This document shows, in pieces, positions 21,989 to 32,922 of a stretch of DNA of 64,000 nucleotides. The stretch is from Caulobacteraceae bacterium (GTDB lineage: Bacteria; Pseudomonadota; Alphaproteobacteria; Caulobacterales; Caulobacteraceae). Made by a program: the position numbers and the translations under genes. Location: NCBI GenBank assembly GCA_035524315.1, contig DATKPD010000012.1, forward strand, positions 3,503 to 67,502, read 5' to 3'. Positions within the stretch are counted from its first letter, which is position 1. Each line of letters opens with the position of its first letter. Under the pieces are notes generated by a model. That model did not search any database, was not told where the DNA came from, and worked only from the letters and a program-made list of their open reading frames with translations.

Positions 21989-22462
21989 TCAGCGCTTGGA
22001 GAACTGGAAGCTGCGGCGAGCCTTGGCGCGGCCGTACTTCTTGCGCTCGACCACACGGCTGTCGCGAGTGAGGAAGCCATGCGGCTTGAGCACCGGGCGC
22101 AGGCCCGGCTCGTAGTAGGTCAGCGCCTTGGAGATGGCATGGCGGATCGCGCCGGCCTGGCCCGACAGGCCCGAGCCTTCGACCGTGGCGATCACGTCGA
22201 ACTGGCCCACCCGCTCGGTCACGGTCATCGGCTGGGCGATCATCATGCGCAGGACCGGGCGGGCGAAATACACCTCCTGGTCGCGGCCGTTGATGGTGAT
22301 CTGGCCCTTGCCCGGCTTGATCCACACGCGGGCGATGGCGTTCTTGCGCTTGCCGGTGGCGTAGGCGCGGCCCAGCGCATCGATCTTGGGCTCGGTGGGA
22401 ACCGGGGCGGGATTGCTGGACAGGCTTTGCAGCGCTTCCAGGCCGTGGGTGTCGCTAGCCAT
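21989..22462 (-). CDS. rpsI: 30S ribosomal protein S9
   Basis: 157 aa from the internal Met of the track ORF ([11 protein letters not shown]...). Ends in [14 protein letters not shown]. Confidence 0.96.
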   Translation of the reverse strand: MASDTHGLEALQSLSSNPAPVPTEPKIDALGRAYATGKRKNAIARVWIKPGKGQITINGRDQEVYFARPVLRMMIAQPMTVTERVGQFDVIATVEGSGLSGQAGAIRHAISKALTYYEPGLRPVLKPHGFLTRDSRVVERKKYGRAKARRSFQFSKR

Positions 22463-22464
22463 GC

Positions 22465-22941
22465 TCAGGCGCTCCGGACGTTCTTGGTGTTCAGGGCCTT
22501 GAAGTCGATCACTTCGGGGGCCTGAGCTTCGTGGGGGTGTTCGGCGCTGTTGTAGACGCGCAGATGGGTCAGTTGCTTGCGGGCCAGGGGGCTTTCCTTG
22601 GGCAGCATGCGCTCGACGGCCTTTTCCAGCACGCGCTCGGGGAAGCGGCCGTTCAGGATCTTGCCCGCGGTCCGTTCCTTGATGCCGCCCGGATAGCCGG
22701 TGTGCCAGTAGTAGGTCTTCTGATCCAGCTTGCGGCCGGTGAACTTGACCTTGTCGGCGTTGATCACCACGACCATGTCGCCGCAATCGACGTGCGGGGT
22801 GTAATCGGCGCGGTGCTTGCCGCGAAGACGCATGGCGATGAACGAAGCCAGGCGGCCGACCACGGCGTCCTGGGCGTCGACAACGATCCACTTCTTCGTG
22901 ACGTCGGCCGGCTTCAAGGAAGCCGTGATCTTCGTCTGCAT
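22465..22941 (-). CDS. rplM: 50S ribosomal protein L13
   Basis: 158 aa from Met28 of the track ORF ([23 protein letters not shown]). HTGYPGG motif. 2-nt gap to rpsI. Confidence 0.96.
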   Translation of the reverse strand: MQTKITASLKPADVTKKWIVVDAQDAVVGRLASFIAMRLRGKHRADYTPHVDCGDMVVVINADKVKFTGRKLDQKTYYWHTGYPGGIKERTAGKILNGRFPERVLEKAVERMLPKESPLARKQLTHLRVYNSAEHPHEAQAPEVIDFKALNTKNVRSA

Positions 22942-23097
22942 CGTTAAGGTCCGTCTTGGGCCGCCAGCAAGAGGCCGCGGCGTTGAGCGGCGGGCAGTAC
23001 AGAAGCGCCCCTGCCCTGTCAACGGCTTTGTTGGCGCACCATGCGCAACGCCTTATCTGGCAAGGGATTTCACGCTACGGTATTATAATACCTCTGA

Positions 23098-24129
23098 TCA
23101 GGGCCGCCGCGCGCGCCAGGCCAAGCCCACCGCCACCGCCAGCACCAGCGCCGCGGTCGCCTGGTGGACCACCGCCATCGCCAGCGGATCGCCCATCATC
23201 AGCGTGCCTATGCCCAAAAGGGCCTGGACCGTGACCAGCGCGGCCAGGGCCAGGGCCAATGACTTGGCCGGCGTCGGAAGCCATACGGAACGCCGGGCCA
23301 GGATGGCGATGGTCCACGCAGCGAGGAACAGGACGTACGCGCCCAGGCGATGATGAAGTTGCACCGCCGCCTGGCTGTGCAGGGCCGAGCGCCAGAACCC
23401 GCCCTGCCAGTAGTCGCGCGGGAACAGATGGCCGTTCATCAGCGGCCAGTCATTATAGACCAGACCCGCCCGGTTGCCGGCCACCAGCCCGCCCAGCAGG
23501 ATCTGGAAGAACACGCCGCCGGCAAGCAGCCCGGCCATCAGCGGCCAGCGCGGGCGATGGGTCGGCCGCGCGGGTCCGTGCCAGGCGTCCAGTCCGGTCC
23601 ACACCAGCAGGCAGAAGACCACCAGCGCCAAGCCGAGATGCACCGTCAGGCGCTCGGGCGCGACCTCGACCCGGCCCGCCAGGCCGCTGGCTACCATCCA
23701 CCAGCCGACCAGGCCCTGCAGCCCTCCCAGCCCGAGCAGGAGCCAGCAGCGGCCCACCAGGCCGGGCGGGATCATCCGGCGGAAGAGAAACACCAGGAAC
23801 GGCACGGCGAAGGCGGCGCCGACGATACGGCCCAGCAACCGATGCGCCCATTCCCACCAGTAGATGCCCTTGAACGCCTCGAGCGACATGCCCCTGTTGA
23901 TCAACTGGTACTGGGGGATGCGCTGATAGTTGCGGAACTCGGCCGCCCATTCGGCCGGCGACAAGGGTGGAAGGGCGCCGCGGATCGGCTTCCATTCGGT
24001 GATCGACAGGCCGGAATTGGTCAGACGGGTGGTCCCGCCCAGGATGACCATCGCGAACACCAGGACGGCGACCGCGAACAGCCACAGCCCCACCGCCCTT
24101 GCTCGCCCTGATTTCAGAAATGAGGTCAT
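23098..24129 (-). CDS. ctaA: heme A synthase (COX15/CtaA)
   Basis: 343 aa from Met43 of the track [21 protein letters not shown] and [10 protein letters not shown] motifs, multiple TM helices with conserved His. Confidence 0.9.
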   Translation of the reverse strand: MTSFLKSGRARAVGLWLFAVAVLVFAMVILGGTTRLTNSGLSITEWKPIRGALPPLSPAEWAAEFRNYQRIPQYQLINRGMSLEAFKGIYWWEWAHRLLGRIVGAAFAVPFLVFLFRRMIPPGLVGRCWLLLGLGGLQGLVGWWMVASGLAGRVEVAPERLTVHLGLALVVFCLLVWTGLDAWHGPARPTHRPRWPLMAGLLAGGVFFQILLGGLVAGNRAGLVYNDWPLMNGHLFPRDYWQGGFWRSALHSQAAVQLHHRLGAYVLFLAAWTIAILARRSVWLPTPAKSLALALAALVTVQALLGIGTLMMGDPLAMAVVHQATAALVLAVAVGLAWRARRP

Positions 24130-24272
24130 CGGTCCCCGCGCGGCTCGCCCAAGCCTGCCTTGGACCCTCCCCGCCCTTGCCCTACGCCCCGTGCGGCGGC
24201 GCGTCCACCCTGGCCGCGGGCTCCCGCGCGGGCTATAGCCGGCTTTGGGGATCAAGGTTCGGTGAAACCAGC

Positions 24273-24470
24273 ATGACCGCGCATCAGCGAAAGGCCGTCG
24301 GCGGCGTCCTGACCCTGCTGTTCCTAGCCGCCTACATTTGGGCGGCGACGGTGATTGGCGAGGCCGTACCCAAGATCTGGTGGTCCCAACTGGCCTATTA
24401 CGTCATCACCGGCGTCGCCTGGGGCCTGCCCCTGATCCCGCTGATGCGCTGGATGAACCGGGGCGGATAG
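24273..24470 (+). CDS. small membrane protein (DUF2842-like)
   Basis: 65 aa from the internal Met: [29 protein letters not shown]...[20 protein letters not shown]. Two TM helices. Divergent from ctaA. Confidence 0.65.
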   Translation: MTAHQRKAVGGVLTLLFLAAYIWAATVIGEAVPKIWWSQLAYYVITGVAWGLPLIPLMRWMNRGG

Positions 24471-24526
24471 GCGCCGGACGCTGTACGCCCGGGTGACCTC
24501 AGCGTCCTGGCCTGAAGGGACGGCGA

Positions 24527-25141
24527 CTAGGGGGCCAAGCGCGCCCGTTCGCGGTCGATATCCTCATCGCTATAGGGCGGCGCGTTCTCGTCGAACACCC
24601 AGCCCGCGCCGCGATAGGCCGCGCCCCTGGCGGCCAAGTCCACGTGCCCGACCTCGCTCAGCGCGGCCTCGGCCTGAGCAAACAGGGCGTCTTCGACCCT
24701 GGCGCTGACGATGGCCCCGCCACGCCGGACGCCTTCGGCCATCAGTTCGGCCTCGTCGCGATGAACGCCCGCGGTCGTCAGCCCCACGACCACGCCGGCT
24801 CCGGCCCCCGCGACGGCGCCCGCGACCGCCGTGCCGATGGCGGCGGCCAGCCAGCCCGCGGCCACCAGAGGCCCAAGCCCTGGCGTGACGATCAAGGCCA
24901 CGCCCGCCAGCACGCCGCCGGCGGCGCCAAGCGTCCCGCCGATGGCGGCCCCGGTCTCAGCATCCTTGGCCACAGACTCTCCGGCGCTGTCGTGCTCGCC
25001 GTAGAGGCGCGCGGGCGCTTGGCCGGACGTGTGGCCCACGATGCTGATGTCCTCGGCTGGAACGCCGAGGCTTTCCAGCGCATCGACCGCGCGCTCGGCG
25101 TCGGGCAGCCTGTCGAACAGTCGAGCGATGGTTTGGGTCAT
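24527..25141 (-). CDS. general-stress-type protein (YflT-like N-domain) with a central Gly/Ala-rich hydrophobic segment
   Basis: 204 aa from Met38 of the track ORF. N-terminus is MTQTIARLFDRLPDAERAVDALESLGVPAEDISIV. The middle is AIGGTLGAAGGVLAGVALIV...AGAGAGVVVGL. Confidence 0.6.
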   Translation of the reverse strand: MTQTIARLFDRLPDAERAVDALESLGVPAEDISIVGHTSGQAPARLYGEHDSAGESVAKDAETGAAIGGTLGAAGGVLAGVALIVTPGLGPLVAAGWLAAAIGTAVAGAVAGAGAGVVVGLTTAGVHRDEAELMAEGVRRGGAIVSARVEDALFAQAEAALSEVGHVDLAARGAAYRGAGWVFDENAPPYSDEDIDRERARLAP

Positions 25142-25258
25142 GTGTTCGCCTTTCCGCTGGCGGCTCGCGCGAGGGGCGGGACCTACGGCGCGCAGAGCGT
25201 GAGCTTGGAGAACAAGCCAGGCCTGCCCCGGTTCCCCGTGGCGGCCGCGCACCGCCCG

Positions 25259-25801
25259 TCAGGCGGCCGGCCTGCGCCGTTCAAACAGGATCGAAGGCGC
25301 CTCCCTATAGGTCGTCCGGGCGTATTCCTTGTATCCGCACAGCGCGGCCAACTCGATCGATGCGGCGTTGCGCGGGTCGATCATGCACACGGTCCGAATC
25401 ATGGACGGCCGCGCGTCGCACCAGGCCAGAGCCGCGCCCAAGGCCTCGCGCGCATAGCCCTTGCCCCGCGCCTGGGGCGCCAAGGCCCATCCGGCTTCCG
25501 GCGCGCCATCGAACCGTTCGCCCAGTCCGCGGCGAAATTCGCCGAAGCCGACCTCGCCCACGAAGGCGCCGGTCGCCTGCTCCCGCACGACCCAGTAGCC
25601 GAAGCCCAGCAGCGTCCAATGCCCGGCGTAGCGATGCAGCCGCGCCCAACTCTCGGCGGGAGTGGACGGCTTGCCGCCGATGTAGAGCGCGACCTGCTCC
25701 AAGGCCCACATCGCGGCGCTTTCGCTGTAGTCGTCCAGACGATGCGGCCGCATTTCGAGCCGGGCCGTCCGGATGACGGCGTGATCATGCGCCTGGATCA
25801 T
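25259..25801 (-). CDS. GNAT-family N-acetyltransferase (RimJ/RimL-like)
   Basis: 180 aa. LEMRPHRLDD start and the GYWVV...G.FVGEVGF ... RGKGYAREALGAAL acetyl-CoA-binding pattern. Confidence 0.8.
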   Translation of the reverse strand: MIQAHDHAVIRTARLEMRPHRLDDYSESAAMWALEQVALYIGGKPSTPAESWARLHRYAGHWTLLGFGYWVVREQATGAFVGEVGFGEFRRGLGERFDGAPEAGWALAPQARGKGYAREALGAALAWCDARPSMIRTVCMIDPRNAASIELAALCGYKEYARTTYREAPSILFERRRPAA

Positions 25802-25847
25802 CGCGGCGATGTTGGGAATGAGCCGACCCGCCTCCGGGAAGAGGCGA

Positions 25848-25924
<77 letters not shown>

Positions 25925-25978
25925 AGAGGGCGCCTTATAGGGGGCGCGATCCGGCCCGGCAATTGAAAAACCGGCCCG

Positions 25979-26479
25979 TCACGCGCCGCCGATCAGGCGC
26001 TCCAGCCGGGCCCGGGCGGCCAGCAGTCCGTCCAGGGCGTCCTGCAGCCGCGCCCGTTCCTCGGGCGATATCTCCCGGCCTCCCCGCTCAAACAGCGACG
26101 GCGGATCGAACAGCGACGGCTCGGCCAGCGGCGAGGTCTGCACCGGCGGCGGCGACAGGGACGGGATCGGCTCCAGGGTCTCGGCGGGCGTCTGTATCTG
26201 GGCGGCGCTGGCGGCCGGAAGCGCCTGAAGCACCCGCTTCATGCCCTGTTCCTTGTGCAGCTTCTGCACGCCCTTGATGGTGTAACCCTCGTCGTGCAGC
26301 AGGGCGCGCACGGCGCGCAGCACGTCCAGGTCCTGAGGGCGATAGAAGCGCCGCCCGCCAGCCCGCTTCATCGGCCGGATGAAGGAGAACTTGGTTTCCC
26401 AGAAGCGCAGCACGTGCTGGGCTACGCCCAGTTCCTCGGCAGCCTCGGAAATGGTGCGAAACGCCTCTGGCCCCTTCAT
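25979..26479 (-). CDS. MerR-family transcriptional regulator
   Basis: 166 aa. N-terminal [28 protein letters not shown]...[10 protein letters not shown]. Immediately downstream of ihfA. Confidence 0.85.
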   Translation of the reverse strand: MKGPEAFRTISEAAEELGVAQHVLRFWETKFSFIRPMKRAGGRRFYRPQDLDVLRAVRALLHDEGYTIKGVQKLHKEQGMKRVLQALPAASAAQIQTPAETLEPIPSLSPPPVQTSPLAEPSLFDPPSLFERGGREISPEERARLQDALDGLLAARARLERLIGGA

Positions 26480-26495
26480 CGGGTCCGGCTTGACC

Positions 26496-26798
26496 TTACT
26501 CGGCCAGGGCCCGCTGGATGCGGGCCTTCATGACCTGGGAGGCCCTGAAGCCGATCACGCGCCGCGGCTCGATGGAGGCGGGCTCGCCGGTCTTGGGATT
26601 GCGGCCCATGCGCGCGCGTTTGGCGCGGACCTGGAACACGCCGAAGCCCGAAAGCTTGACCGTCTGGCCCTCTTCGAGGGCCTCGACCACGATGTCCAAG
26701 GTTCGCTCGACCAGACCGGCGCAGTCCTGCCGCGTCAGTCCGACCTCCTCATGCACCGCTTCGCAGAGATCCGCGCGAGTCAGTGTCCGTCCCTTCAT
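26496..26798 (-). CDS. ihfA: integration host factor subunit alpha
   Basis: 100 aa from Met31 of the track ORF ([21 protein letters not shown]). [11 protein letters not shown]...GRNPKTGE arm motif. Confidence 0.88.
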   Translation of the reverse strand: MKGRTLTRADLCEAVHEEVGLTRQDCAGLVERTLDIVVEALEEGQTVKLSGFGVFQVRAKRARMGRNPKTGEPASIEPRRVIGFRASQVMKARIQRALAE

Positions 26799-26907
26799 GC
26801 CAACGACCCCCGCCGGAAGGACCAAATCTGCTGAAGGTGTGCCGCGATAAACCCGGAAAGTCAAAGGGTTCGCGCGGGACGGCGCCAAAGCGCTTAAAAA
26901 ATATGCT

Positions 26908-27888
26908 CTAGAAACGCGCCGCGCACGCGCCCCAGGTCAGACCGCCGCCCATCGCCTCGAACAGCAGCAGCTGGCCGGGCTTGACGCGGCCGTCCGCCAC
27001 CGCCTGGCTGAAGGCCAGCGGAATCGAGGCCGCAGAGGTGTTGGCGTGCTGGGCCACGGTGGAAACCACCTTGTTTTCGTCCAGCCCCAGGCGGTGGGCC
27101 ACGCCGTTGAGAATGCGCTGGTTAGCTTGGTGAGGAATGAACCAGTCGACCTCGGCGATGGTCACGCCGGCGTCGGCGGCGGCGGCCTCGACAGCCTCGG
27201 CGATGTTAATCACCGCGTGGCGGAACACCTGGTTGCCCTGCATGCGCAGCTTGCCGACCTGGCCGTTGCTGGAGACGCCGCCGTCGGCGGTCAGCATCTC
27301 CTGCTTGGTCCCGTCCGAGCGCAGGGCGAAACCCAGAATCCCGCGGTCGGCCGAGGTCCCCTGCCCGGCGCACGGCTCCAGCACCACCGCGCCGGCCCCA
27401 TCGCCGAATAGCACGCATGTGGAGCGATCGGTCCAGTCGAGCAGGCTCGACATTCGATCGGCCCCAATCACGAGGGCGCAGCGCGAGCGGCCGCGCGCCA
27501 CGAAGCCGTCGGCCACGCTCAGGGCGTACACAAAACCGGTGCACACCGCCTGAACATCGAACGCCGCGCACACCGGCGCGCCCAGCTTGGCCTGGACCAG
27601 GGCGGCGGTGGAGGGGAAGGTCAGGTCGGGCGTGGTGGTGGCCACGATGATCAGGTCGAGGTCCTGGGCCGTGCGGCCGGCCGCCTGCAGCGCCGCCTTG
27701 GCCGCCTCGACCGCGAGGTCAGACGTGCCCTGGTCCGCGGCGGCGTAGTGCCGGTTGCGGATGCCGGTGCGCTCGGTGATCCATTCGTCGCTGGTGTCGA
27801 CGATCTGGGTCAGGTCAGCGTTGGACACCTGGCGTTCGGGCAGATAGCCGCCCACGCCGGTGATGGCGCTACGGAGAACTGAACTCAA
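26908..27888 (-). CDS. fabH: 3-oxoacyl-ACP synthase III
   Basis: The only sensible start is TTG 27888 (-SSVLRSAITGVGGYLP), overlapping the plsX stop as TTGA. Active-site AVCTGF and HQAN motifs. 326 aa. Confidence 0.92.
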   Translation of the reverse strand: MSSVLRSAITGVGGYLPERQVSNADLTQIVDTSDEWITERTGIRNRHYAAADQGTSDLAVEAAKAALQAAGRTAQDLDLIIVATTTPDLTFPSTAALVQAKLGAPVCAAFDVQAVCTGFVYALSVADGFVARGRSRCALVIGADRMSSLLDWTDRSTCVLFGDGAGAVVLEPCAGQGTSADRGILGFALRSDGTKQEMLTADGGVSSNGQVGKLRMQGNQVFRHAVINIAEAVEAAAADAGVTIAEVDWFIPHQANQRILNGVAHRLGLDENKVVSTVAQHANTSAASIPLAFSQAVADGRVKPGQLLLFEAMGGGLTWGACAARF

Positions 27889-28955
27889 TGGGCGGTCTCC
27901 GCGGCCGCCTGGAGCGTCTCGACCTCGGGCAGGGCCGCGGCGAGTTGCTTCAGGCGCCATTCGATCTGCTTATCATAGTCGCTGTTGGCAAGGTCCACGG
28001 CCACCTTGATCGCATTGGCGAAGCCCCGCGCGTCGGCGCCGCCGTGGCTTTTGACCACGATGCCCGTCAGGCCCAGCAGCGGGCCGCCGTTGACCAGGCT
28101 GGTGTCCAGCCGGGCGCCCATCTTCTTCAGCGCCGGGCCGGCGATCAGGGCGCTCAGCTTGGCTTGCAGTGAGGAGGTGAAGGCCTCGCGCAACACCTGG
28201 CGCACGAAGCGGGCGGTGCCTTCGGCGGTCTTCAGCGCGATATTGCCCGAAAAGCCGTCTGTGACGACCACGTCCACCGTGCCTTTGGCGATGTCGTCGC
28301 CCTCGACGAAGCCGCGATAGTCGAGATCCAGGCCGATCTCGCCCAGCAGGCGATGCGCCTCGCGCACCTCTTCGTGGCCCTTCTGCTCTTCCGACCCCAC
28401 GTTCAGCAGGCCGATGGTCGGCTTCTGCACCCCGTGCACCGCGCGGTGGAAGGCCTCGCCCATGATGGCGAACTCCACCAGCTGGGCCGCATCGCTGGTG
28501 ACATTGGCGCCGACGTCCAGCACGGCGGAGCGTCCGCGCAGCGTCGGCCAGGTGGCCACGATCGCCGGCCGGTCGAGGCCGAGGATCATGCGCAGCTGCA
28601 GCTTGGAGATGGCCATCAGTGCGCCGGTGTTGCCGCCCGACACCGCCGCGCGCGCCTCGCCGTTGCGCACCGCTTCCACACAATTCCATAGGCTGGAGCC
28701 TTTGCCCCGCCGCAGGGCGTGCGCGGCCTTCTCCTCCGAGCCGATGGCCTTGTCGGTGTGACGCACCTCGCAGCGATCGCGCAGCTGGGGCAGACGCGCC
28801 AGCTCAGCCTCGATTCGCTCGGCGTCGCCGTGCAGCAGGAACCGATGCGCCTGCGCGCCCAGCCGCTCGCTCGCCAGGGCGACCCCCGGGACCGCGACGG
28901 CCGGTCCATGGTCGCCGCCCATGGCGTCGATCGAAATCGCGATAGTGTTGGACAC
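27885..28955 (-). CDS. plsX: phosphate acyltransferase PlsX
   Basis: 356 aa. AIDAMGGDHGP N-terminal motif and SGNTGALM. Confidence 0.95.
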   Translation of the reverse strand: MSNTIAISIDAMGGDHGPAVAVPGVALASERLGAQAHRFLLHGDAERIEAELARLPQLRDRCEVRHTDKAIGSEEKAAHALRRGKGSSLWNCVEAVRNGEARAAVSGGNTGALMAISKLQLRMILGLDRPAIVATWPTLRGRSAVLDVGANVTSDAAQLVEFAIMGEAFHRAVHGVQKPTIGLLNVGSEEQKGHEEVREAHRLLGEIGLDLDYRGFVEGDDIAKGTVDVVVTDGFSGNIALKTAEGTARFVRQVLREAFTSSLQAKLSALIAGPALKKMGARLDTSLVNGGPLLGLTGIVVKSHGGADARGFANAIKVAVDLANSDYDKQIEWRLKQLAAALPEVETLQAAAETAH

Positions 28956-29019
28956 GCGGCCCTAAGCCCTCCGGAATTGAGCCGGACCCTACAGGGCCTC
29001 GGCGGCGATGCAAGTGCGG

Positions 29020-29571
29020 CTAGGCTTTCGGAGCCTTCAGTTGGGACAGAACGGCGAAGGGCGAAGGCTCCGGCGCCAGGTCCGGGGCGGCGAAAACCGC
29101 GTCCGGCTTGCGCGGGAACGGGTCCACCGCCAGCGACAGGTCCTCGACCACATAGGCCCCCAGATGCAGCAGACCGTCGCTGATCTCGTCGGGAGGGTCG
29201 TCGGCCTCCGGGTCAAGCTCCAGGTCCGGGTCGGCGGGATCGCCCAGCAACGCCGATCCTGTGGGAACCGCGCGCACGGTGAAATCGCCCGCCAGCACGC
29301 TGTCGAACGGCTCCAGGCTCACCCCGCAGGTCTGGGTGACCTCCGCCGACCAGAGCCCGTGGATCTCCACCCCGTCCAGCCACGGCGAAATGCGCAGGGC
29401 GGCGTCCAGCGTCTTGAGCGCGTCCACGCCCACCGCCTCGGCGATGCGCGCCAGGGCCGGACCTTCGGCGATGATTCGACGCTCGACCGGCGCGCGACCC
29501 ACCTCGTGCAGAGGCATATCGACCGGCCAGGCGTCTGGAACGCCGGGTTCTAGACCGCGATCTTGGGCCAT
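29020..29571 (-). CDS. DUF177/YceD-family protein
   Basis: 183 aa, acidic. Conserved position upstream of plsX. Family call is by position and overall pattern, not a strict motif. Confidence 0.7.
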   Translation of the reverse strand: MAQDRGLEPGVPDAWPVDMPLHEVGRAPVERRIIAEGPALARIAEAVGVDALKTLDAALRISPWLDGVEIHGLWSAEVTQTCGVSLEPFDSVLAGDFTVRAVPTGSALLGDPADPDLELDPEADDPPDEISDGLLHLGAYVVEDLSLAVDPFPRKPDAVFAAPDLAPEPSPFAVLSQLKAPKA

Positions 29572-30107
29572 TCGACCTCTCCTTCCAGCAAATGTTCCAG
29601 CGGCTGACGCGCCAGCGCGCCGCCCGTATCGGCCGCATAGCGGGCCACGCCCGCGCTGTCCGCCCCCTCCAGGGTGCGGCCGATCAGCGCTTCCAGCGCC
29701 TCCAGGCCCGGCCCGTCCTCCAGCGCCTGATCATAGGCCTTGGCCCGGCCATAGAACGCCTCGCCCAGCTTGCGCATCTTCTTGCCCACCGACAGGTCGC
29801 CCACGCCCAGTTCACGAAGGCCGTCGTCCAGGGCGCGCACATAGGCGTCGAACAGGGCCTGACCGGTCTCCGCGGCGCGCGGTCCCTGGCCCTTCAGGCG
29901 GTGCAGCAACAGGACCACGTGCAAGGTATAGAGCTCGAACCGGCCTTCCGGCGTGTCGGGCGCGCCCAGGCCCTCGTACAACGCCGGCTGACGCGCCTGA
30001 GCCACCGCCGCCGCATACAGCCGCCGCCCGGCGGCCGCGGCCGGACGGGGTGCAAACAGACGGGGCGCGAACAGACGGCCGAGGCTCATGGGGCGCTCCC
30101 TTTGCAT
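29550..30107 (-). CDS. ubiquinol-cytochrome c chaperone (Cbp3/UQCC1-like) family protein
   Basis: 185 aa. RFELYTLHVVLLLHRL ... FDAYVRALDDGLRELGVGDLSVGKKMRKL pattern of the family. The start could be Met7 (30089). Confidence 0.75.
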   Translation of the reverse strand: MQRERPMSLGRLFAPRLFAPRPAAAAGRRLYAAAVAQARQPALYEGLGAPDTPEGRFELYTLHVVLLLHRLKGQGPRAAETGQALFDAYVRALDDGLRELGVGDLSVGKKMRKLGEAFYGRAKAYDQALEDGPGLEALEALIGRTLEGADSAGVARYAADTGGALARQPLEHLLEGEVEWPKIAV

Positions 30108-30222
30108 ATCCGTCCAAGTTTGGCCCCCGAATCGGCGCAGACGTCACGCGACGCCGAACTGGGAACATCATTGAACTAAGGGCGGCGGGACGTTAGGTCA
30201 AAGGCTGGAGACCAACAGCACG

Positions 30223-30717
30223 ATGGGATCGATGTTGCGCCGACCCGCTTTCGCCCTTTTCGCCGCCGCCGCACTCGCCGGCGCCGCGGTCACAGGCTGC
30301 GCCCCGATCCGTGAGCAGAACGGCTATCAGGCCATCGAGCACAAGCCGACCGACATGAAGGTCGGCACGGACACCAAGTCCACGGTGCTGGATTCGCTCG
30401 GCAGTCCGTCGGTGGTGTCGACCTTCGACCCCAACGTCTGGTTCTACATGTCCCAGCGGACCAGCCAGCTCGCCTACCACGGCCTGCGGGTCACCCGCCG
30501 AAACATCGTCCAGATCACCTTCGACAAGGACAGCGAGAAGGTGACGAACGTGCAGACCTTCACCCTGAAGGACGGCCACATCATCGCTTACAACGGTCGC
30601 GAGACGCCCACGCGCGGCCGCGAGCTATCGGCCATCGAACAGCTGCTGGGCAATATCGGACGCGGCACCATGCTGCCCCAGCAGGACGCGGCGCCGGGTT
30701 CGCGCCCCGGGCCGTAA
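30223..30717 (+). CDS. bamE: outer-membrane assembly lipoprotein BamE (SmpA/OmlA)
   Basis: 164 aa. Signal peptide plus lipobox AAVTGC, then GY...G.DTKSTVLDSLGSPS...W.YM core. Confidence 0.8.
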   Translation: MGSMLRRPAFALFAAAALAGAAVTGCAPIREQNGYQAIEHKPTDMKVGTDTKSTVLDSLGSPSVVSTFDPNVWFYMSQRTSQLAYHGLRVTRRNIVQITFDKDSEKVTNVQTFTLKDGHIIAYNGRETPTRGRELSAIEQLLGNIGRGTMLPQQDAAPGSRPGP

Positions 30718-30743
30718 GCGCCCTCGCCGTCTGACCCCAACGA

Positions 30744-30773
30744 AAACGCCCCGGAAGTCGCCTTCCGGGGCGT
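30744..30773. terminator. hairpin between convergent bamE and hppA (candidate bidirectional terminator)
   Basis: AACGCCCCGGAAG-TCGC-CTTCCGGGGCGTT, a 13-bp perfect stem. The flanking T/A runs are weak. Confidence 0.55.
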
Positions 30774-30792
30774 TCGCTTGTCAGGCTGAGGC

Positions 30793-32922
30793 TTAGTGCG
30801 CCAGCACCGCCAGCAGCAGCAGGGCGACGATGTTGGTGATCTTGATCATCGGGTTGACCGCCGGACCCGAGGTGTCCTTGTAGGGATCGCCCACGGTGTC
30901 GCCCGTGACCGCCGCCTTGTGCGCGTCCGACCCCTTCTTGTGCAGCACCCCGTCGCGGTCGGTGAAGCCTTCCTCGATCAGCTTCTTGGCGTTGTCCCAC
31001 GCGCCCCCGCCCGAGGTCATCGACACGGCGACGAACAGGCCGGTGACGATCACGCCCATCAGCATGGCGCCGACCGCCGAGAAGGCCTCAGACTTGCCGG
31101 CGATGGCCTGGATCACGAAGAACAGCACGATCGGGCTGGCCACGGGCAGCAGCGAAGGCGCGATCATTTCCTTGATCGCCGCCTTGGTCAGGATGTCGAC
31201 CGCCCGGCCGTACTCCGGCTTGACCTCATAGGTCATGATCCCGGGGTTCTCGCGGAACTGGCGGCGCACCTCGACCACCACCGCCTGGGCGGCGCGGCCC
31301 ACGGCGGTCATCGACATGCCGCCGAACAGGAACGGCAGCAGGCCGCCGAACAGCAGGCCCACGACGACGTAGGGGTTGGACAGGTCGAAGGCCACAGCGC
31401 CCAGGCCGTCGAAGAACGAGCCGGGCGCGGCGTTGGCGGTGAAGAACTTCAGGTCCTGGGTGTAGCAGGCGAACAGCACCAGGGCGCCCAGGCCCGCCGA
31501 ACCGATGGCGTAGCCCTTGGTCACCGCCTTGGTAGTGTTGCCGACCGCGTCCAGGGCGTCGGTGATCACCCGCACCTCGGACGGCAGGCCGGCCATCTCG
31601 GCGATACCGCCGGCGTTGTCCGTCACCGGACCAAACGCGTCGAGGGCCACGATGAATCCGGCCAGCGACAGCATGGCGGTGGTGGCCAGAGCCACGCCGA
31701 ACAGGCCCGCCAGGTTGAAGGTCACCAGGATGCCGCCGATTATCACGATGGCGATGGGGGCTGTGGCCTCCAGCGACATGGCCAGGCCTTGGATCACGTT
31801 GGTGCCGTGGCCGGAGACGCTGGCCTGGGCCACCGACTTGACCGGGCGAAAGCCCGTGCCGGTGTAGTATTCGGTGATCATCACGATCAGGGCGGTGATC
31901 ACCAGGCCGGTCAAGGCGCAGCCCACCAGCGCCATGCCGCCGAAGGTCTTGTCGCCCACCGTCAGGTTAGCCGGGACGAAGCGCGGAATGACCACGTAAA
32001 GCGCCGCCGCGGCCAGTACGCCGGTGACGATCAGGCCCTTGTAGAGCGCGCCCATGATGTTGGCGCTCTTGCCCAGGCGTACGAAGAAGGCGCCGATAAC
32101 CGAGGTGACGATGCCGATGGCGCAGACCGACAGGGGCAGCAGCAGCAGCTGGTTGAGCGACGGGGCGTCGCGGAACAGGATCGAGGCCAGCACCATGGTG
32201 GCCACGGTGGTCACCGCATAGGTCTCGAACAGGTCCGCGGCCATGCCCGCGCAGTCGCCGACGTTGTCGCCCACGTTGTCGGCGATGGTGGCCGCGTTGC
32301 GGGGGTCGTCCTCGGGGATTCCCGCCTCGACCTTGCCCACCATGTCGCCGCCCACGTCGGCGCCCTTGGTGAAGATGCCGCCGCCCAGACGGGCGAAGAT
32401 CGAGATCAGGCTAGCGCCGAAGCCCAGGGCCACCAGGCTATCGACCACCTCGCGGCTTGTGTTGGCCAGGCCCATGCAGGTGGTCAGGAAGCCGTAATAG
32501 CCCGCCACGCCCAGCAGGGCGAAGCCCGCCACCAGCATGCCGGTGATGGCGCCCGAGGTGAAGGCCAGCTTCAGTCCGCCGGCGAGGCCGCCCGAGGCCG
32601 CCTGGGCGGTGCGCACATTGGCGCGCACCGATACGAGCATGCCCGCGAAGCCCGCCGCGCCCGACAGCACCGCGCCGATCAGGAAACCCACTGGCTGTTC
32701 CCAGCTCTTGAAGAAGATGGCCAGCAGCACGATCACGACCACGCCGACCATGGCGATGGTGGTGTACTGGCGGCGAAGATAGGCCTGCGCCCCCTCCTGA
32801 ACCGCGGCGGCGATTTCCTGCATTCGCGCGTTGCCGGCCGGCGCCTTCAGAAGGCCGACCGTCTGCACAATTCCGTAAAGCACCGCCAGCAGTCCCGCGG
32901 CGATGACCAGCGTAAGACCCAT
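30793..32922 (-). CDS. hppA: membrane-bound proton-translocating pyrophosphatase
   Basis: 709 aa, polytopic. [23 protein letters not shown] and [11 protein letters not shown] motifs. Confidence 0.96.
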   Translation of the reverse strand: MGLTLVIAAGLLAVLYGIVQTVGLLKAPAGNARMQEIAAAVQEGAQAYLRRQYTTIAMVGVVVIVLLAIFFKSWEQPVGFLIGAVLSGAAGFAGMLVSVRANVRTAQAASGGLAGGLKLAFTSGAITGMLVAGFALLGVAGYYGFLTTCMGLANTSREVVDSLVALGFGASLISIFARLGGGIFTKGADVGGDMVGKVEAGIPEDDPRNAATIADNVGDNVGDCAGMAADLFETYAVTTVATMVLASILFRDAPSLNQLLLLPLSVCAIGIVTSVIGAFFVRLGKSANIMGALYKGLIVTGVLAAAALYVVIPRFVPANLTVGDKTFGGMALVGCALTGLVITALIVMITEYYTGTGFRPVKSVAQASVSGHGTNVIQGLAMSLEATAPIAIVIIGGILVTFNLAGLFGVALATTAMLSLAGFIVALDAFGPVTDNAGGIAEMAGLPSEVRVITDALDAVGNTTKAVTKGYAIGSAGLGALVLFACYTQDLKFFTANAAPGSFFDGLGAVAFDLSNPYVVVGLLFGGLLPFLFGGMSMTAVGRAAQAVVVEVRRQFRENPGIMTYEVKPEYGRAVDILTKAAIKEMIAPSLLPVASPIVLFFVIQAIAGKSEAFSAVGAMLMGVIVTGLFVAVSMTSGGGAWDNAKKLIEEGFTDRDGVLHKKGSDAHKAAVTGDTVGDPYKDTSGPAVNPMIKITNIVALLLLAVLAH

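Noticed and set aside
28956-29019. Missing rpmF between the yceD-like gene and plsX (E. coli order is yceD-rpmF-plsX-fabH)
   Set aside because: The gap is only 64 nt, so L32 cannot be encoded there. I treat this as ordinary lineage-specific gene order rather than a deletion or anomaly.
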